From: Octopus bimaculoides
Taxonomy: Eukaryota
Reading direction: 5' to 3'
NCBI RefSeq assembly: GCF_001194135.2
Contig: NC_068999.1
Location: forward strand, 32,309,634-32,360,188
DNA: 50,555 nt
How positions within the stretch are numbered: the first letter of the stretch is position 1; each line of letters begins with the position of its first letter. Below are positions 48,180 through 50,555 of the stretch, one piece after another. The notes beneath the pieces are model-generated. The model ran no database searches. It saw only the letters and a program-made list of their open reading frames with translations, and was not told the DNA's origin. The position numbers were made by a program, and so were the translations under genes.

Positions 48180-48560
48180 AGGTAGTGGATAAGCTTGTGA
48201 GCATCTACCAATTCAGTTATCATTTATCAAAGCTTTAGTATGCCAGTGCCCAAGGAAACAAAACATCAAGTCACTTAAGATAAGTGGCAGACAGAAGGTA
48301 TTCATTTGGTTGTACGTTTCTGGACAACCTCCAATAGATAAATGTTCTAGACAAGACAGGGATTTTTTCCAGAGTGGAGAAGCAAACTATAAGTGTGGAC
48401 ATGTCATAGTCATATATAACTTTAAATAGATGGCTGGAGAACGGCTGACAACTGTCTTACTGAATGAGGCTAAGATACCTTTGGCTTTTTCAATGATTTT
48501 AGATATGTGGTGTATACAACACAGATCATTGTTGACAATAATACCTAGGCTGATGGCGTT
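48180..48560 (-). mobile_element. CR1-clade RT C-terminal fragment
   Basis: IIVNNDL..HHISKIIEKAKGILASFSK...YLKLY...PHL*FASPLW matches the HI.KI..KA...L...LY...RP.LE.AS.VW motif. Confidence 0.75.
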
Positions 48561-48839
48561 CTACCACCCTTCTTGCCCACTTTCCTTCTATGCCTGTACT
48601 GACTTAATGAAAGAAATATTGTCACTCTTTTTCTTTGATATTACTAAGTCTGAACTTCCTATCACTAGAGACCCAACAAGAGTCTTCCACCTCAATCATT
48701 CCTCTATCACCTGCAACTCTCAGGTGACCCTCTACCTTGTACATGTAAAACTTCAATGCCAAGTACTTTAGTATCCCTGGAATCTCTTTACTTCATGACT
48801 GCTCTTGTTCATATCACTATAAACTCTTCTGAAAGGCTG

Positions 48840-49800
48840 CAGTAAGGGTGGCTCTATATGGCTTAGTTACTTGGTAAGCCACTTCCTTAACAAAGGCAGA
48901 TTGTATGATCCCTATGTGTGAACAGCTATGCTACATGGCAGTGAAACATGGGCTGTGACAGCTAAGGACATGCATAGGCTTGAAGAAATGAAGCCAGTAT
49001 GCCTCACTTGATGTGCAGTGTTAGTGTGCATTTCAACAGAGTGTAAGCATCTTGAGAGAAAAGTTAGGCATAAGAGGCATCAGATGTCGTGTGCAAGAGA
49101 AATGACTGCACTGGTATGGTCATGTAATATGTATGGATGAGGACAGTTGTGTAAAAAATTGCTGATCCTTACCTGTGGAGGGAACCTGTGGAGGGAACCT
49201 GTGGAGGGAACCTGTGGAGGGAACCTGTGGAGGGAACCTGTGGTAGAGGTATACCCAGGAAGACATGGGATGAGGTGGTGAAGCATGTTCTCTGAACTTT
49301 GGGCCTTACAAAGGCAATGACTAGTGATCGAGACCTTTGGTGTTGTGCTGTGCTTGAGATGACTTGTCAAACCAAGTGAAATCACAATCATAGCTGATGC
49401 TGGTGTCATGTAACTGGCACCCTGGCAGGTGGCACGTAAAAAGCACCCTTCAAGTGTTGAGCCTCATGGAGGCAAAGTGGTTGAGCTCCTTTTGTGTGTT
49501 GGGCCTCACAGAGACAATGACTGAGTCTATTTGGCATTATGCTGTGCTTGAGAAGAAGACCCATAGAGCCAAGTAAAACCACAGTCATGGGAGATACTGG
49601 TGTCATGCAAATGACACCCATGCAGGTGGCACAAGAAAGCACCCATTACACTCTCAGAGTGGTTGGTGTTAGGAAGGGTATTCCTATTCTGCCAAAACAG
49701 AATTGGAGTCTAGTGCAGCCTTCCAGCTTGCCAGCCCTGGTCAAACCATCCAAACCATGCCAACATGGACAACATACGTTGAATGATGATGATGATGACA
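48840..49800 (+). mobile_element. RTE LINE 3' ~1 kb with a 13-bp perfect tandem expansion (49171-49243)
   Basis: KGRLYD..V*TAMLHGSETWAV; 3' UTR and (GAT)n tail; unit acctgtggaggga x5.6. Confidence 0.9.
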
Positions 49801-49834
49801 CACATATATGTGTGTACCTATATACATATGTATG

Positions 49835-49864
<30 letters not shown>

Positions 49865-49871
<7 letters not shown>

Positions 49872-50430
49872 TCAGCATCATCATTTAATGTCTGTTTTCC
49901 ATGCTGGCATGGGTTAGATGGTTTAACTGGAACCGGTAATCCAGAGAGCTGCACCAGGCTCCAGTTTGGTTTGCTTTGGTTTTTACGGTCAGATGCCCTT
50001 CCTAACACCAACCACTCCAAGAGAGTAGTGGGTGCCTTTTATATGTTACTGGCACAAACGCCCTTTATCTGTCACCAGCACTGACCACAACTACGATTTC
50101 ATTTGGCTTGACATTTCTTCTCAAGCACATCAAACTCTGTGAAACTCAATATCTGAAGATCATGCTTCACCACCTCGTCGGATGTTTTCCTGGGTCTATC
50201 TCTTCCACAGGTTCCCTCCACAGTTAGAGATTGGTACTTCTTTACTCAGCTGTCCTTGTACATATGCATCACATCACCATACCAAGACAGTCTTGTCTCT
50301 TGCACACTACATCTGATGCCTCTTATACCCAACTTTCCTCTCAAGATGTTTACACTCTGTCAAACACGCACAATGACAGTGCACATCCAGCAAAGCATAC
50401 AAACTTTATATTTCTTTTTAGCTTTCACAT
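49865..50430 (-). mobile_element. RTE LINE 3' fragment, tail-to-tail with the preceding copy
   Basis: catcatcatttaatgtctgttttccatgctggcatggg...tcttccacaggttccctccacag...ctcttatacccaactttcctctcaagatg. Confidence 0.9.
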
Positions 50431-50555
50431 GTCCTTTGCAGTCATATATACATACATATATAAACATATATACATGCATATATATATATATATACATAAA
50501 TACATGCATATATATATACATAAATACATGCATATATATATATATATATATATAT

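Overview
AT-rich, repeat-dominated eukaryotic DNA with 7 N-gaps, most flanked by (TA)n or other microsatellites. The repeat landscape resembles octopod cephalopod (Octopus-like) DNA; this is pattern recognition, not a database hit. No intact or identifiable protein-coding gene is visible, and the window looks intronic or intergenic. Most supplied ORFs are microsatellite translations or decayed transposon fragments. Content: at least 3 tRNA-derived SINE families, RTE, CR1 and Tx1/L1 LINE fragments, a Penelope-like GIY-YIG remnant, a deleted Tc1/mariner element, piggyBac-like and hAT-like MITEs, a Helitron-type 3' end and minisatellites. The most notable signals are four type-I hammerhead-ribozyme-like motifs: one downstream of a head-to-head palindrome of tRNA-like units, one in the loop of a ~220-bp fold-back, one beside the GIY-YIG remnant, and one with an intact core. 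Also notable are two co-terminal ~2-kb ORF1/gag-like (CCHC) elements abutting trinucleotide microsatellites, and a weak frame-compatible chain of minus-strand candidate exons. Coordinates of decayed repeats are approximate and were read by eye.
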